Positions 40,729-52,974 of a DNA stretch of 64,000 nucleotides are shown piece after piece. This DNA is from Podarcis gaigeae (lineage: Eukaryota), in assembly GCA_964106915.2 (NCBI GenBank), contig OZ066916.1. The stretch is one strand, 5' to 3'. Made by a program: the position numbers and the translations under genes. The stretch's first letter is position 1, and each line of letters opens with the position of its first letter. Under the pieces are notes generated by a model. It worked only from the letters and a program-made list of their open reading frames with translations. It was not told the DNA's origin and did not search any database.

Positions 40729-40877
40729 GTAATAAAATATTTTGTTGTGGTTTCCTATAGGAACATTCTTTTACAGTCAAGTCATCCAGAAAGGTCCTTA
40801 TACTTCCTGGTCCCCCACCATCAGAAATGTGGTGAGTTGTGCTGTGCCTTTTCAATAGCAGCACCAAGCCCTATGGA

Positions 40878-41013
40878 AGAGGTAGGGAAACTGTGGTCCT
40901 CCGGATGTTAGCAAACTACAACACCCATCATTCCTGACCATTGGCCATGCTGGCTGGAGCTGATGGGAGTTGAAGTTCAACAACATCTGGAGGCCACATG
41001 TTCTCCATCCCTG
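40878..41013. mobile_element. Older palindromic hAT MITE copy
   Basis: Colinear with the 40331 family (ACTACAA...CCCATCATTCCTGACCA...AACATCTGGAGG). Confidence 0.7.
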
Positions 41014-41242
41014 GTGTAAGCCCTGTTTTGAGAACTTCTTTGCCTGGCACTGACTAACACATATAATTTGGTGTAAAACTGAAGTCCAGGGCAGTCCACT
41101 AAGTTTTTCTGGGGTGTTACTGTTTCTCTTTTGGCTGCTGTTGGTTGTAGTTGGGTTTATTTAGGATACTTTTTAATAATATATTTTAAATCAGGAGACA
41201 GCATAAACATTTTAAACAAAAGCACATGTGTTCTTCCCGCAG

Positions 41243-41281
41243 AACCTTCGTCCAGAGCCCATAAAATCATAAAGCCAAGTG
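41243..41281 (+). CDS. PLEKHG1: PLEKHG1 short coding exon
   Basis: (E)PSSRAHKIIKPS; ttcttcccgcag| acceptor, G|GTGAGT donor; 39 nt. Confidence 0.9.
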
Positions 41282-41741
41282 GTGAGTTACAATGTGTCCT
41301 GTATGTGATATTATGCATTAAGTATTACAAATCATATGGCACCTTTAAGTGTTCAATTAAGTCTATGTAAATAAAAAAACAAAACCCTGTTGTCCTGGGA
41401 AGGAGTCGTGTTCAATCTCTTGTCAGGGAAGAAATGTCAGATTTGTTAAATATCTGACACACAAAAATAGCAGCCTTCGGAAACCAGCAGGCAAGCCTTT
41501 CAGTTTTGAATGCAGGGGGAGTTTTTCACATGGGATAAATTTATTACAAAAATGTTCAAGCATGCTTGCCTTATCTATTGATAGGGCCCATGTTAAACGC
41601 AGTACTTTGGTTTATAATTTCCATTTTAAAGTCAATAGGTGTTTTAGACTTAAACCTGTTTTTCACAAATGCGGAATATAATTTTTTTACTAAGTGATAC
41701 TTAGGATTGTTTTGTTTTTTGTTTCCCACTAATAATTTCAG

Positions 41742-41764
41742 AAATGGACCCAGACACGAAAAAG
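41742..41764 (+). CDS. PLEKHG1: PLEKHG1 23-nt microexon
   Basis: (E)MDPDTKK; tttcag| acceptor, AAG|GTAAGC donor; needed to convert phase 1 to phase 0. Confidence 0.85.
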
Positions 41765-42296
41765 GTAAGCCATATCATTCTCCCCACCCCCAGTAGCTTG
41801 AAAGTGATTTTCGAAAAAATTAGATTTGAAGTACTGAATACTTCTTATAACTTTAGAACAGTTTGTTTTCCCTTTTCCACTTACGATTGTTATCCATGCC
41901 TGCCACCTACTGGCTGTCATGGTCTTACCCTTCTTTACCTCCAGTTGTGCACAACTGCAAACAATAAGCTCAGGGTTGGCATACAGCATTTTATACCTGA
42001 GGCAGGAAATCTGAATATTCTCCCACCTTTCCAAACCATAACATGCAAACAATCTACCTGGAAGATCTCCTGTGCAGTCGCCATTGAAATGAATAGAGCT
42101 ATGCAATAACTTGATCAATTATGTGCCATGCGTCAAACATGTCTGTCTCCCGTTTTGCCCCCCTCAATGGTATCCCAGCTCTGTTCCCTGCTGGGTGTCG
42201 TGGTAGTGCAGTTTTGAAACATAACAAAGGGTGGGGAAAGAGACCAAAGAGACTAAGTAGTGCTGCCTACCACATACTCTCTTGATTCCTCTAAGC

Positions 42297-42425
42297 CAGA
42301 AATTGGCCACCTATGGTTCTCCAGATGTTCCTGGACTACAGCTCCCAGCATTCTTGACCATTGGCTGTGGCTGATGGGAACAGGAGCCCATCAACATCTG
42401 GAAGGCAGCAATATCCCCACTTCTG
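42297..42425. mobile_element. Older palindromic hAT MITE copy
   Basis: CTCCAGATGTT...ACTACAGCTCCCAGCAT...AACATCTGGAAGG; degenerate TSD. Confidence 0.65.
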
Positions 42426-42559
42426 CACTAAACTCGTGGTCATTTCACTTCCCTTTTACTGCTCTGTGTTCTGATATTAAGCCACATACATTTCCTATAC
42501 ATCGGTGTGTCATCTTCAGAAGGATGTGTGTGTCTACTACTGAGAAATAAAAGCTATGT

Positions 42560-42920
42560 GAGAGATCCCGCCCTCCCCAGCTGAAGCTGGGCTCAGAGCG
42601 GCTAACAACAGTAAAATAATACAACATTCTAAAATCATTTCATTTTAAAATCAATTCAAATCAAATTAATGGCAGCCATTGGGCTAGAGTTCTGTGAGGA
42701 TTGCCAAAGGAGGGGGTCAGGCTGTGCCCTGGCCAAAGGCCTGGTGAAACAGCTCTGTCTTGCAGGCCCTGCGGAAAGATGTCAAGTCCCACAGTGCCCT
42801 AGTCTCTTGTGAGAGAACGTTCCACCAGATTAGAGCCACAGCCGAAAAAGCCCTGGCTCTGGTTGAGGCCAGCCTAACCTCCCTGTGGCCCAGGACCTCC
42901 AAGATGTTTTCGTTTGAAGA
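42560..42920 (-). mobile_element. L2 LINE 3' end
   Basis: RLASTRARAFSAVALIWWNVLSQETRALWDLTSFRRACKTELFHQAF resembles the L2 ORF2 C-terminus, followed by 3' UTR. Confidence 0.8.
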
Positions 42921-43111
42921 CAGTGTGTGGCTTGTGCGTGTGTGCACGTTTATATATGCATATATTTGCATGTTTATGTAGATGCGTATGTGTATATATA
43001 TATGTGAATGTGCTACACACCCACATCAGAATAGCTGCTGATCTAGCTATAGCTTTAAAATGAGAAGGATGGGACCTGGTGCTTCATATAAATATATATT
43101 TTCCTTCCAAG

Positions 43112-43297
43112 CGGATCAGTATTGAAGGAACCCTGCTATCTCAGGCTGAAGCCCTCCTCAGTCCTAGGAAAAAGTTTTCACTGAATCACAAAGGACTGGA
43201 TTCCAATGAAGTGGCCTATAGTAGCGACCAAGAGGATAACGCCCTCACTGGTGTGATGGATCAGACTGACGCTGACGATGAAGAAGAGACTGAACAG
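43112..43297 (+). CDS. PLEKHG1: PLEKHG1 probable cassette coding exon (acidic)
   Basis: RISIEGTLLSQAEALLSPRKKFSLNHKGLDSNEVAYSSDQEDNALTGVMDQTDADDEEETEQ; ttttccttccaag| acceptor, CAG|GTAGCC donor; 186 nt, open, phase 0/0. Confidence 0.75.
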
Positions 43298-43571
43298 GTA
43301 GCCAACTTGCTTTGTGAAATGGAAAGATGTGTGTGTCAGATATGGGTACATAAAGGATGAGAATTACTGGTGCTTAAAGGATTTATTTCTGTTAATTCCA
43401 ATGCGAACCTACCTGATCCACACTTCCCAGATTGGAAGTGTGTGAATTGGAATGTAATGATTATTTGGATTTTCATTTCCCCAAATTTTGTGATGCAGTT
43501 TTCTGTTTTTGTGGTTGTTATTTAAATTGCATTTTTAAATCACATGTTTAGATAAACACATTTAAAAATGC

Positions 43572-43575
<4 letters not shown>

Positions 43576-43614
<39 letters not shown>
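43576..43614. repeat. (AG)n microsatellite
   Basis: Direct reading. Confidence 0.95.
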
Positions 43615-43619
<5 letters not shown>

Positions 43620-44258
43620 TTTTCATGCCGGGAGAGAAAAGGGGACATCATCTTCTCTTTGCAGTGCCTTCCTCATACTGAAAAAAAATATTGCATGTGT
43701 ATATTTATACACAATATACACCACTTGTGTATATTTGTACAAAATATTTTTACATGATTATTATTTTAAAATAATAATATTATTTTGAAAAATAGTAATA
43801 ATCCGATACATTTTTTGTGGAAATTTCTAGAGGCCTGTCAGTGCTCAGGCAGCCTTTCTGAGCTTGTAACAAGACTTGCATATGTTCCTAGCCATTGTAC
43901 ATTTATTTGAGAGGAAAATACCACCACCCAAAACTTCGTGAAATGTAGAATCCTCATGCTTTCAGAGTGATGGCATTACAGCTACCATATCAATCAGAAA
44001 GCAATGTCTTCCAGAATACTCTTCCCGGAGCCCACTATCTACCCTGCAACAAGAAAAATATATGTCCTTTGTCAAAAACATTTTGTGTTAGCTGTGTTGC
44101 TGACCTCTGTCAGCTTAGGAGGCCCCACCAGAGAGTCCTTTCCACTGTAATAATGCAGTATCTTGTCGAACATTTGACATTTCTGAGACTTGGCTTTGGC
44201 TGAAGGCTTTCTCTGTAAAGGATTATGTGTCATACTGTAACCCTTCTGTTTTCTGCAG

Positions 44259-44375
44259 ACCACACAACAAAATTCCCAGCAGAAACCAAAGGGAGGCCGC
44301 AAAAGGTTAAACAGTCAAGTTGCTGAAAATTTTGAGAAACGAAGAAGTGTTAATCTCAGTAAATGTGAAATTCAG
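44259..44375 (+). CDS. PLEKHG1: PLEKHG1 probable cassette coding exon (basic)
   Basis: TTQQNSQQKPKGGRKRLNSQVAENFEKRRSVNLSKCEIQ; cttctgttttctgcag| acceptor, CAG|GTACAG donor; 117 nt, phase 0/0. Confidence 0.75.
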
Positions 44376-44999
44376 GTACAGTCTTTATGGAAAAGTGGTT
44401 ATATAATTTGTCAACTTAATGTATTCAGTGGTGTGAAATAAAATGTCTTCTTTTGCAGGTATTTCAAAGGAGGTTTTAAGGAGAGGAGCATTCAAATTTT
44501 GCTTTTAAAAAGCCAGGAAAATAATGCAATGCACCCCTATCCCTGGTTTCTTGAGAGTAAATCCCGCTGACTGTGTTCAAAGGGACTTACTCATTTGTGT
44601 GTCTGTTCAAGATTGTAGCCTACGGAACCCGGAGGCTCCTGGGTGTTCTGAACCATCTGGAGGGGCCTGCAGACAAATGCTTGTGAATGGCTAGGGTGCA
44701 TGAGAGGCAGAATGGATGGTTGATGAATGGAGTATGTGTTTGTGCATGGGGTTTGTGTGAGAGATGAATGGATGATGAAGGGGGGAGGATTAAAGGCAGA
44801 AAGAGAAGGAAAAGAGGTGTCTGCACCCACTTTTTGTCTTGGTTCTGTCCAGCACCAATATGTAGCACCCAGCCAGTTTCCATCAAGGAAATGAGACTCT
44901 CAACTTCAGTAAAGGTTGCCCTCCTCGTATATGTGATTACGATTCTGCATGTTAGTTAGATCATAGACTAATAGTGTGCTCTGTTTCAAAACTTCACAG

Positions 45000-46689
45000 A
45001 ATGCAAAGGAGCCTGTAAATGAAGCACCTTCCCAGGTCAACACAAAGCTTTCATTTTCCTGCGATGGAGGTGGTCATCCATCTCGGCAGTTTGCACCACA
45101 AAACAGCTCATTTATGGCGAATATTTTGGGCAGAACAGATGCGGTGAGAAACATCTGGACAGACCACCAGATTCGGCAAGCCCTGTTCCCAAGCAGACGC
45201 CCCCCGCAAGAGAACACAGAGGACGAAGATGATTATCAGATGTTTGTGCCTTCAGAATCTACATCCAACTTGGTTTCCATTGGCTGTGAAGAGAGAGAGC
45301 CTTCAGGCCGCCCTTGCAGCTGGCACGTAGGGCTAGCTCATCAAAGGGACATTTCTAACTCTAACTCTCACAGAATTGTGAGGCGGGCCAGCAGTGCTGG
45401 GGAAAGTAAAACTTCTCCATCTGGTTCAAGATACAGAAAAAATGACCTTGGTCAGAATGCTACTTGGAATGAAATAAAAAGTTCCAGGAGTGACACGGAC
45501 AATCTGCAGGTGTACCTAGAATCTTCTGAAGAACTGACTATTGATGACATAGATCATGTCTATGACAATATAAGTTTTGAAGATTTGAAACTAATGGGTC
45601 TCACTCGGAGGGAAGCGTCTGACCGTGCTCCACAAGGGTCAGCTAGAGACTCGCTCTATGAGGCTCAAGACCAAGACATTGCTTTCAATAAAAGACAGAC
45701 ACCTCAAAGCAGGACCTCTATTTCTACCAGCAGAAATGAAACTACTCCCAGGAGAGGAACTCCACCTGTAAGCTCTCATGATCTAAGGATCAGTGAGGAA
45801 AATATCTATGATACCATAGTCCTCCCAGAGCAATCACTGACAAATTTCAAATGTGATCGCCTTAAGTGTTCCAAAAAGAGGAGTTTTCTGGGTCTGGAAA
45901 CAGATTTTGCATGCTGTGACCACCTGCGGCAGTTTGTTTCTGAAGAAAGCCTCCATTTCAGTGAAGATGAAAATCCCTATCATTATGTTCCATTAGATCA
46001 TGATTATTTGAGCTTAGTGGATAGCTCATCAAACTCTGATTCACACTCTCACAAATCTGCTGCGGACAAATTATCTGAGGAAGTGGATGAAATCTGGAAT
46101 GACCTGGAGAATTACATCAAGAAGAATGAAGAAAAGACGAGAGACCACGTGCTTGCAGCTTTTCCTGTCTGCAAAGATGACATAGACAACAACACTCCTA
46201 CTAGAACTACTTGTGAGTTAAATAAAGATGTGGGATATTCACTCCCCCCTCTCTCACTGCCAGAAACACCTGTTTTCCCAAAAGCTTTGCCCAACAAAGT
46301 TGCCAGGTTGAGTGAAGCCAACCTCAGATTCGAGGAGGAAGCATCGCTATGTAAGGAAACGCCATGCAGAGCAAATTCCTTGATGAGTCTCAACAGATCT
46401 CCCCTCTCCAATGATAGAGCTTTTGTCGATAGTCTTTATGAAACTGCCAGTAGTATTCTGTGCAGTGCAAATGCAGAAAGTACTGACAATGAAGTGGATG
46501 CTGTGGATAAAACAAAGAACCGGGTCTTCACAATGGCAAGACAGTACAGCCAAAAAATTAAGAAGGCAAACCAGCTTTTGAAAGTAAAAAGCCCAGAGCA
46601 AGAGCAGCTTCTGAGCCGGCAACATAAATCAAGGCACAAGGACTTAGCAGCCATTTTGGAAGAGAAGAAACAAGGAGGCCCAGCCATTG
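45000..46689 (+). CDS. PLEKHG1: PLEKHG1 large penultimate coding exon
   Basis: 579-aa ORF with RNIWTDHQIRQALFPSRR, ELTIDDIDHVYDNISFEDLKLM, DKLSEEVDEIWNDLENYIKKNE, KDLAAILEEKKQGGPAIG; donor G|GTATGC; 1690 nt. Confidence 0.95.
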
Positions 46690-46896
46690 GTATGCTGACA
46701 ATGTTGTTGTTTTAAACCATTCTTACACTGAATACTTTGAATGCCTTTGGAGGAGGTACACACAGGTAGCTTAGCAGCCCATGCATGTCCCCCTTTACAG
46801 AGAAACCCCTAGTTTGTGGATACTATAGGTGTGGGCCTGGCGGCGGCCAGCATATATAACCCCCCACTCTCCCTCTGTGATCTTAATTGTATAATA

Positions 46897-47003
46897 GTAA
46901 AGGGTAAAGGTAAAGGGGACCCCTGACCATTAGCTCCAGTTGTGGACGACTCTGGGGTTGCAGCGCTCATCTCACTTTATTGGCCAAGGGAGCCAGTGTA
47001 CAG
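46897..47003 (-). mobile_element. Sauria SINE 3' fragment
   Basis: GGTAAAGGTAAAGGGGACCCCTGACCATTAG...GCGCTCATCTCACTTTATTGGCC. Confidence 0.85.
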
Positions 47004-47143
47004 ATTCTATTAGAATCAACAGGACTTATTAAAAAGATGCGTCCTTACTCCGCTATAAATGTAATTCCCATGTTACAGCCTTTTAATAATATGCAATGCA
47101 ACTTTGTTTTGACCATTGTGTCCTCTGTCACACTTTTCTTTAG

Positions 47144-48195
47144 GTGCCAGAATTGCTGAATATTCCCAGCTCTACGATCAGATTGTTTTTCGGGAAACCT
47201 CACCCCAAAAGACCAGTTCTCAAGACCCATCAAACGTAAGGTATTCTTCACCAGTGTCAACATCTCAGTTAGCTGCGGAATGCTTCAGAGCAGAGGACTG
47301 GTTGCACTCAACATACAGTAATGTGGAACTCTCAGATTTCTCTCCCTGGTCGGAAGTCCCACACCTGAAGGCCAGAAGCTCCCCTTCGGAAATGAGTGCA
47401 AAGCAGAGACAATTGCCGGCGGCCTGTTCAGTGCCTTCCCTTCAGACTCCTCTTCGCCCGCACATTCCTGCACAAAGGTGGAGCGCAATTATAAGTCAGC
47501 CTAACAAAGAGAACTTGCACCACAGTCAGGTTTTTAACTCTTTAGGAAGACGGGAAAACAATGCAAAGTCACAGATGTACAGCAGGTCACAATCATCTTC
47601 CTCTATTGTGGCCAGCAAGTCTGGGGATTCAATAAATTATCCACATGAAATGGACAAGAAGCAGCTGCATTCAGACAGGAACTTTCTCTCTGAACACTAT
47701 AAAGAATCTGTGCCAGGCGCCACCCCAGGACTTGCAGCATGTGATGGAGCAAAGCAGAGCCTTGAGAATTGCTCTGAAATGATTCTGCAGGATTCTCAAA
47801 AAATTCTTAGAGTTAACAGAAACTTGCTCTCAAATGCACAAATTGCTACCCAGAACTATTTTTCTAACTTCAAAGACACTGATGATGGAGAAGGGGATGA
47901 TGACGACTATGTTGAAATAAAATCTGAAGATGAGGGCTCTGATTTAGAGAGTTTCTACAACCAAACAAAACTCTCGGATCCAAACATAAATATACATTGC
48001 GCCGCTTCAGAAACTTGTAGTGACAAAAATATGCCCCTGGCTCCTGCTAAGGCATCAGACTCTTTCCTGGCCACATGTAGTGATTCAGATAAATTGAATG
48101 ATTACCTATGGAGGGTACCATCTCCTAATCAGCAGAACATTGTCCAGTCCTTAAGGGAAAAATTTCAGTGTCTTAGCTCAAGCAGCTTTGCTTGA
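47144..48195 (+). CDS. PLEKHG1: PLEKHG1 last coding exon to stop
   Basis: ARIAEYSQLYDQIVFRE...PSPNQQNIVQSLREKFQCLSSSSFA* matches the PLEKHG1 C-terminus; cttttctttag| acceptor, phase 1. Confidence 0.96.
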
Positions 48196-51100
48196 TTTTT
48201 TATTATTATTATTCTTAACATTATGCCTTAATGCTGACAAAGTTATAATAGGGCTGCCTGTATTGGTAGTGTACATTGTAGTGTGTATATTTTAACTATC
48301 ATGTAGTGAGAAATTTAAAGTGGCTAGTTTTGCACTGTCAAGTTATTGACTGGCTTTACGTTGCAGGCAGATTTCTGGCTAGCTTTTCCTTGCATCCATT
48401 CTTAACAGTGTCCCCTATGCTGAAATCATGGCAATGATTTTATGAGAGCCAGTCATGTAGGCCAGAATTCTGATTTTGTTCTAGGAATGGCATTAATGCT
48501 GAAAAGGAAGGGGGAGGCGGGACAGACGGACTGGCATATTATGTGAAATGTGCAGTGAAATAACAGTGAAAGATAAAAAAAGAGTACTCTCAGGTTTACT
48601 TACTTAAAGGACTGCACATATATTTTCATCAAGTGAGGTATGAAATACTGTGATTGGACTGAAGCTTATTGTTGTATTGTCACTCAACTCCAATAGCGTT
48701 AAGATTCCCTCCTTATGTTTCCACAGCCCACTTTTCCAAGTAGGTTTGATAAATAAAATGTGCACTTGTGGTACAGACCAAAATGGAATCTGTGGGATCA
48801 AGCAGCAAAGCACCTTTCTCCAATTCAAGCCTGCAGGGTAGCTGGAACTCCCTGTTTTGGAAACAATTTCCTGACACTAGTAATTCAAACCTATACATTA
48901 CTGAACACAAACTAGAGATGGTTCAGTCCATTTTAGCTTAAAGGGATCCCCCTCCCCCATTTGTTTAAGTTTGTATCCTTTTATTTCAATACACTACATT
49001 CCTTTTTGTCTCCCTTTTATCACATGAAAGTAGTAAGTAGCCCTAATCAGATGTTTAGTACCCATAAATGCCAAACATACGAAGGAACACTGAGATAGCA
49101 CAAGCCATTATCGCCATCTAAATACCGACACACATGCTGGCCATGTCTTGGCATCCGTCTGAATAGGTCCATCTGTATGCAGGTATGGCTCCCTCCACAG
49201 AGCTGATTGATAGCTGTTCCTGGGGCAGGAGCTGTTCACTTGCACATCCATGCTCACATAGCCCAACCTTTTAGACTGATGCTTATCACACATGGGCTGG
49301 GAGAACATGAAAAGCACCCATGTCTGTACATTCTCAATAACCCCTTCACAGATTTAGTACGAGCAGGTACCAAATACCTTAATAGAGTTGACTCTTACCG
49401 TTTTTGCTGCTGTGTATTCTTGTCATCTTATTTTTTGCATAGCTTTAGCTTGGAAGCAGTAGTGTTTTTACTTGAAAAAAAATACAGTGTGCAAACACAC
49501 ACTGTTTAACCAGTTTTCAGATGAAGGACATATAACAGTGATATAAATGAAATTGAAATGCATTTTGCCAAGGGTGGGAGTTCTCTCATTTCCACTTAAA
49601 AGCACTCCACTTTGCTCTAGCACAAGGCACAGTAGCCCTCATACATTTTAGAATGTCAACAAGTTGTTTTTACAGGCATTTTTTGACAAAATCCCACAAG
49701 TGATGAGTGTATATTCCATTCTACAAAAATTGATATTGAAAGCTTTGTGGTTTCTGAATTTATCTGAACTTCATGCAACAAATGCTTTTTAATTTTTGAA
49801 ATACTACTTCAAGAATGTTGGGATTTTATTTCTGGTTTACCACGATCTCAAAATTTCGTATACCAGGCTGTCCCAGTTACATAGAAGAGCTGACTGCAAT
49901 TCAAGCTATGTCTAGTAAAATAGATTATGACTAATGCAAGTATATATTAAATAAGCAAACTTCAATTTTTATTTAATAAAAATGTAAAATAATGTAAATA
50001 ACAGTAAAAGAAATTAATTTGAGTGCATTAACAATAGGCACATTTAGGTTCCTTTGTAACGACAGAGAAGTTTGTTAATCTGGTAAAATAATGAGATATA
50101 TGCTCAATGGAACACATAGCTTTGTTAGGAATAAGCAATAATATGTTTGGGGTACTTTCTGCTTTGCTGGCAGAAAAGCAAACAGCTGAATTCACAAGTA
50201 GTTGAGCCCTGGAAAATGTTTCCATAAAAACAAGGGCAATACTGGTTTTCAATTCTCAAATGAGCTGCCAACCTTGTATCTAGTTCATGCTTTGTAGGGA
50301 GCTTGACTTACGCTGTCTAACATCTTCAGTTGCCATTTCCCCAAAAATACCAGTTAGAAAGAAAAGTACTCCCAACAAAAGAGCAGATCTAGATTTTATA
50401 AATAACTACAGTTCCTCATGTAAAACTTATGTAGCCAAAATAGCAAAAGAATGCCATTGTTAACCTGGTTTGAACTTGGTAAATGAACAGTTGGAAATAC
50501 CATTTATCTTTTTTTCCTGAAGACACTAATATGTATTCCTTCATATTGTAACACAGAAGGTTAAATTCACTTTGTTGCACAGCCTTCTCAAATGAGCAGA
50601 GCAAATTAAATATATAAATTTTCTGCAGCCTCAGGACAATACAAATGTGAATGGAATCAAAAGCAGCTGTTTCTTGGTACACAAAAGGCGAGTTCATTTG
50701 AGGGTCTTCTTCAAGACCACCACCCACATTGTAGGTTAGTGGGTCCATTTTACCGTCTGAACTCTCCTGAGCACATTACTTCATTTATGGCTGTGGGTAG
50801 CACAAAAGTGTAATGTGAGGGCACAGTAGGGAAATAGCAGCCATTACTAAAACTGGAACAATAGAGCCAGAGAATTAAGGGTGCAGCAGAGGAGTCAATG
50901 ACATGTGCTGCAAATTAGATAGGTCATAGCAGACTCATCACATTTTTATTAGTTTAAAGGTGGATTTCTCTTTTCTTTTTAAGAGTCATACCTCTCTTTT
51001 GCAACTTTTTGTAAAGAACATTTGAAAGGAGGTTTATAATTTTTAACCATGTAACATTGTTTGTAAAATACTCTGGTTTTAATGTATTTCTGTACTATTT

Positions 51101-51440
51101 GTTGATAGTGTCAGCATGATTCTACTGGACAGGGTTCACAATGAAGTCGTTCTGGATGGATTCACACTGCGTATTTCCTAATTTCTGCAAATCATTTGTT
51201 AGCATTTTATTCTACTGGTTAGAGACAACCTCTACATTGCACTTTTTTCATGTAAGGAGTCTTTTTTTAAGGAAGATGTAAAAAATGTATGTACATGTAG
51301 AATATTCTTCAGTAAAGCTTTTTCTCATTTTGTTATGCTTAAAAGCTGAGTTTAAAGCATGCCAAACCTGAAAATATGTAAGTAATAGCTGCCTGGGGGG
51401 GGGGGGGAATAAATACTATTTGCAGCAAAATTGAAAAAGA
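48196..51440 (+). other. PLEKHG1: PLEKHG1 3' UTR (end inferred)
   Basis: About 3.2 kb of AT-rich sequence after the stop with no recognised interspersed repeat, ending near AATAAA. Confidence 0.6.
51408..51413 (+). terminator. Candidate PLEKHG1 polyadenylation signal AATAAA
   Basis: AATAAA after a G13 run, followed by GT/T-rich sequence. Alternative hexamers at 49975 (AATAAA) and 51461 (ATTAAA). Confidence 0.55.
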
Positions 51441-51983
51441 AAATGCAGTCTGTTTTGTTAATTAAATGTTTCACACTGTGCAGTGTACCAAGGGGATTCA
51501 CCCCTTTGCAACTTTTGCCACTGTCTCCTTTACTTGGCTTTTATCATTTACTGAATCAGCTGGGAAGGGCCAGCATTGGTGAATATATTAATATAAGATA
51601 CAGATCCAAAACAAAGAGTGTGTTCTAGTATAATGTATTACGGGGGTCACCCAGCTAAAGCCTGTGGGTGCCATGGTGAAGGCCTTCATTGGCACCCTGG
51701 GCAGAGGCTCGGGATTTGTGAGCTCTCATTTGGGGGGAAAGGGTAAGTCTTTAGCCCTCCAGGAAGAGGGGTGAAATATGAAGCAAAATATACAGCTATC
51801 CTTCTAAGCAATTGCTGTGAAATGAGCCAGCTTAGTAGGTTGCTTCTGCCCCTCGGTATTTTTAGTCAACAAGTGAAGTGAGAGCTGTGATTTGTTGTTC
51901 ATTTGTTCTGACACCGGGTATTAGCAATCTCTGGGGTCCTGAAGAGCTAGTGTAGAAATATCACTCTGGTTCATAGGCTAGGA

Positions 51984-52974
51984 CAGTGTTTTTCAACCTT
52001 TTTTGGGCAAAGGCACACTTGTTTCATGAAAAAAAATCACGAGGCACACCACCATTAGAAAATGTTAAAAAAATTAACTCTGTGCCTATATTGACTATAT
52101 ATAAAGTAATAATTACTTTACAGACCGCAGTAATCTCCTGGGTGTATAAGAGACTACCCTGGTCCTGAGCTGTATGACGAGACATAATATCAATTTTTTC
52201 AAAAAAAACTTTCATTTTCTACCTCTTCTGGTCTAGAGGTGGACAAGAAACCCTTAGCCTCTCACTAAGGGCCAGGCGCTCTTGCCATTGGAGGGCGAAC
52301 ACTCACTGGCGGAGAACCGAAAGGAAACAATTGGGGTCAACAAAGGAAGCTCGCCTCTGAGGGGAATGTCAAGAGCAGGCCTTTTCCCGGCCGCAGACTG
52401 CCCGGCCCTGGGCGGCCCCGGAGGCGCTGGGCCAGGCGCACTTACCGAGGAGCCGGCCCAGAAGGGGCAGCAGTTCTTAACTTGCGGGGAGCTGCTGAAG
52501 GACAGCGCCACAAAGCTTAGCGCCACCAGGCAGCAGCCCAGGATCAGCTGCAGCAGCTCCAGAGACAGCAGAGGGCGCGCCGGCAGCAGCCCTGGCCGAG
52601 ATGGCGGCGGCCTCCCCGCCCAGCGGCAGGCCCCACTGGGGGAGAGCACGGCCCAGGCCACCCAGAGCGGGACCATGGTGGCCTGGCGGGCGGCAGCGGC
52701 GCTGGGCCAGAGGTGGCGGGTCTGGGTGCCTCGGGCGCCGCCGAGAGCCGGGCCAGCGGACAGCACGAGCCCGGCAGCACCACCGGCAGAGACATGGGCG
52801 CCTCGCCCGCCACGCTGGAGGCAACAAGTGCGTGGTCTGGCGCCTGCCTAGTGGGCGAAAATTTGACATTTTTTTAAAAAAAAATCTTTTGAATTTTTCA
52901 ATTTTTCCCACGACACACCAGGCAACATCTCATGGCACACTAGTGTGCCGCGGAACAGTGGTTGAAAAACACTG
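51984..52974. mobile_element. Non-autonomous hAT (Charlie/Buster-like) DNA transposon carrying a captured gene fragment (Pack-hAT)
   Basis: TIRs CAGTGTTTTTCAACC / GGTTGAAAAACACTG; perfect 8-bp TSD GGCTAGGA at 51976-83 and 52975-82; subterminal GGCACAC motifs and GGCACACTAGTGTGCC palindrome. Confidence 0.93.
52446..52795 (-). pseudogene. ENTREP1: Captured, frameshifted copy of ENTREP1 (FAM189A2) first coding exon
   Basis: Frame A gives MSLPVVLPGSCCPLARLS... and frame B gives RPLLSLELLQLILGCCLVALSFVALSFSSSPQVKNCCPFWAGSS, followed by donor GTAAGT. This matches the recalled ENTREP1 N-terminus and CD20-like TM1. ATG to donor is 350 nt, not 3n. Confidence 0.8.
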
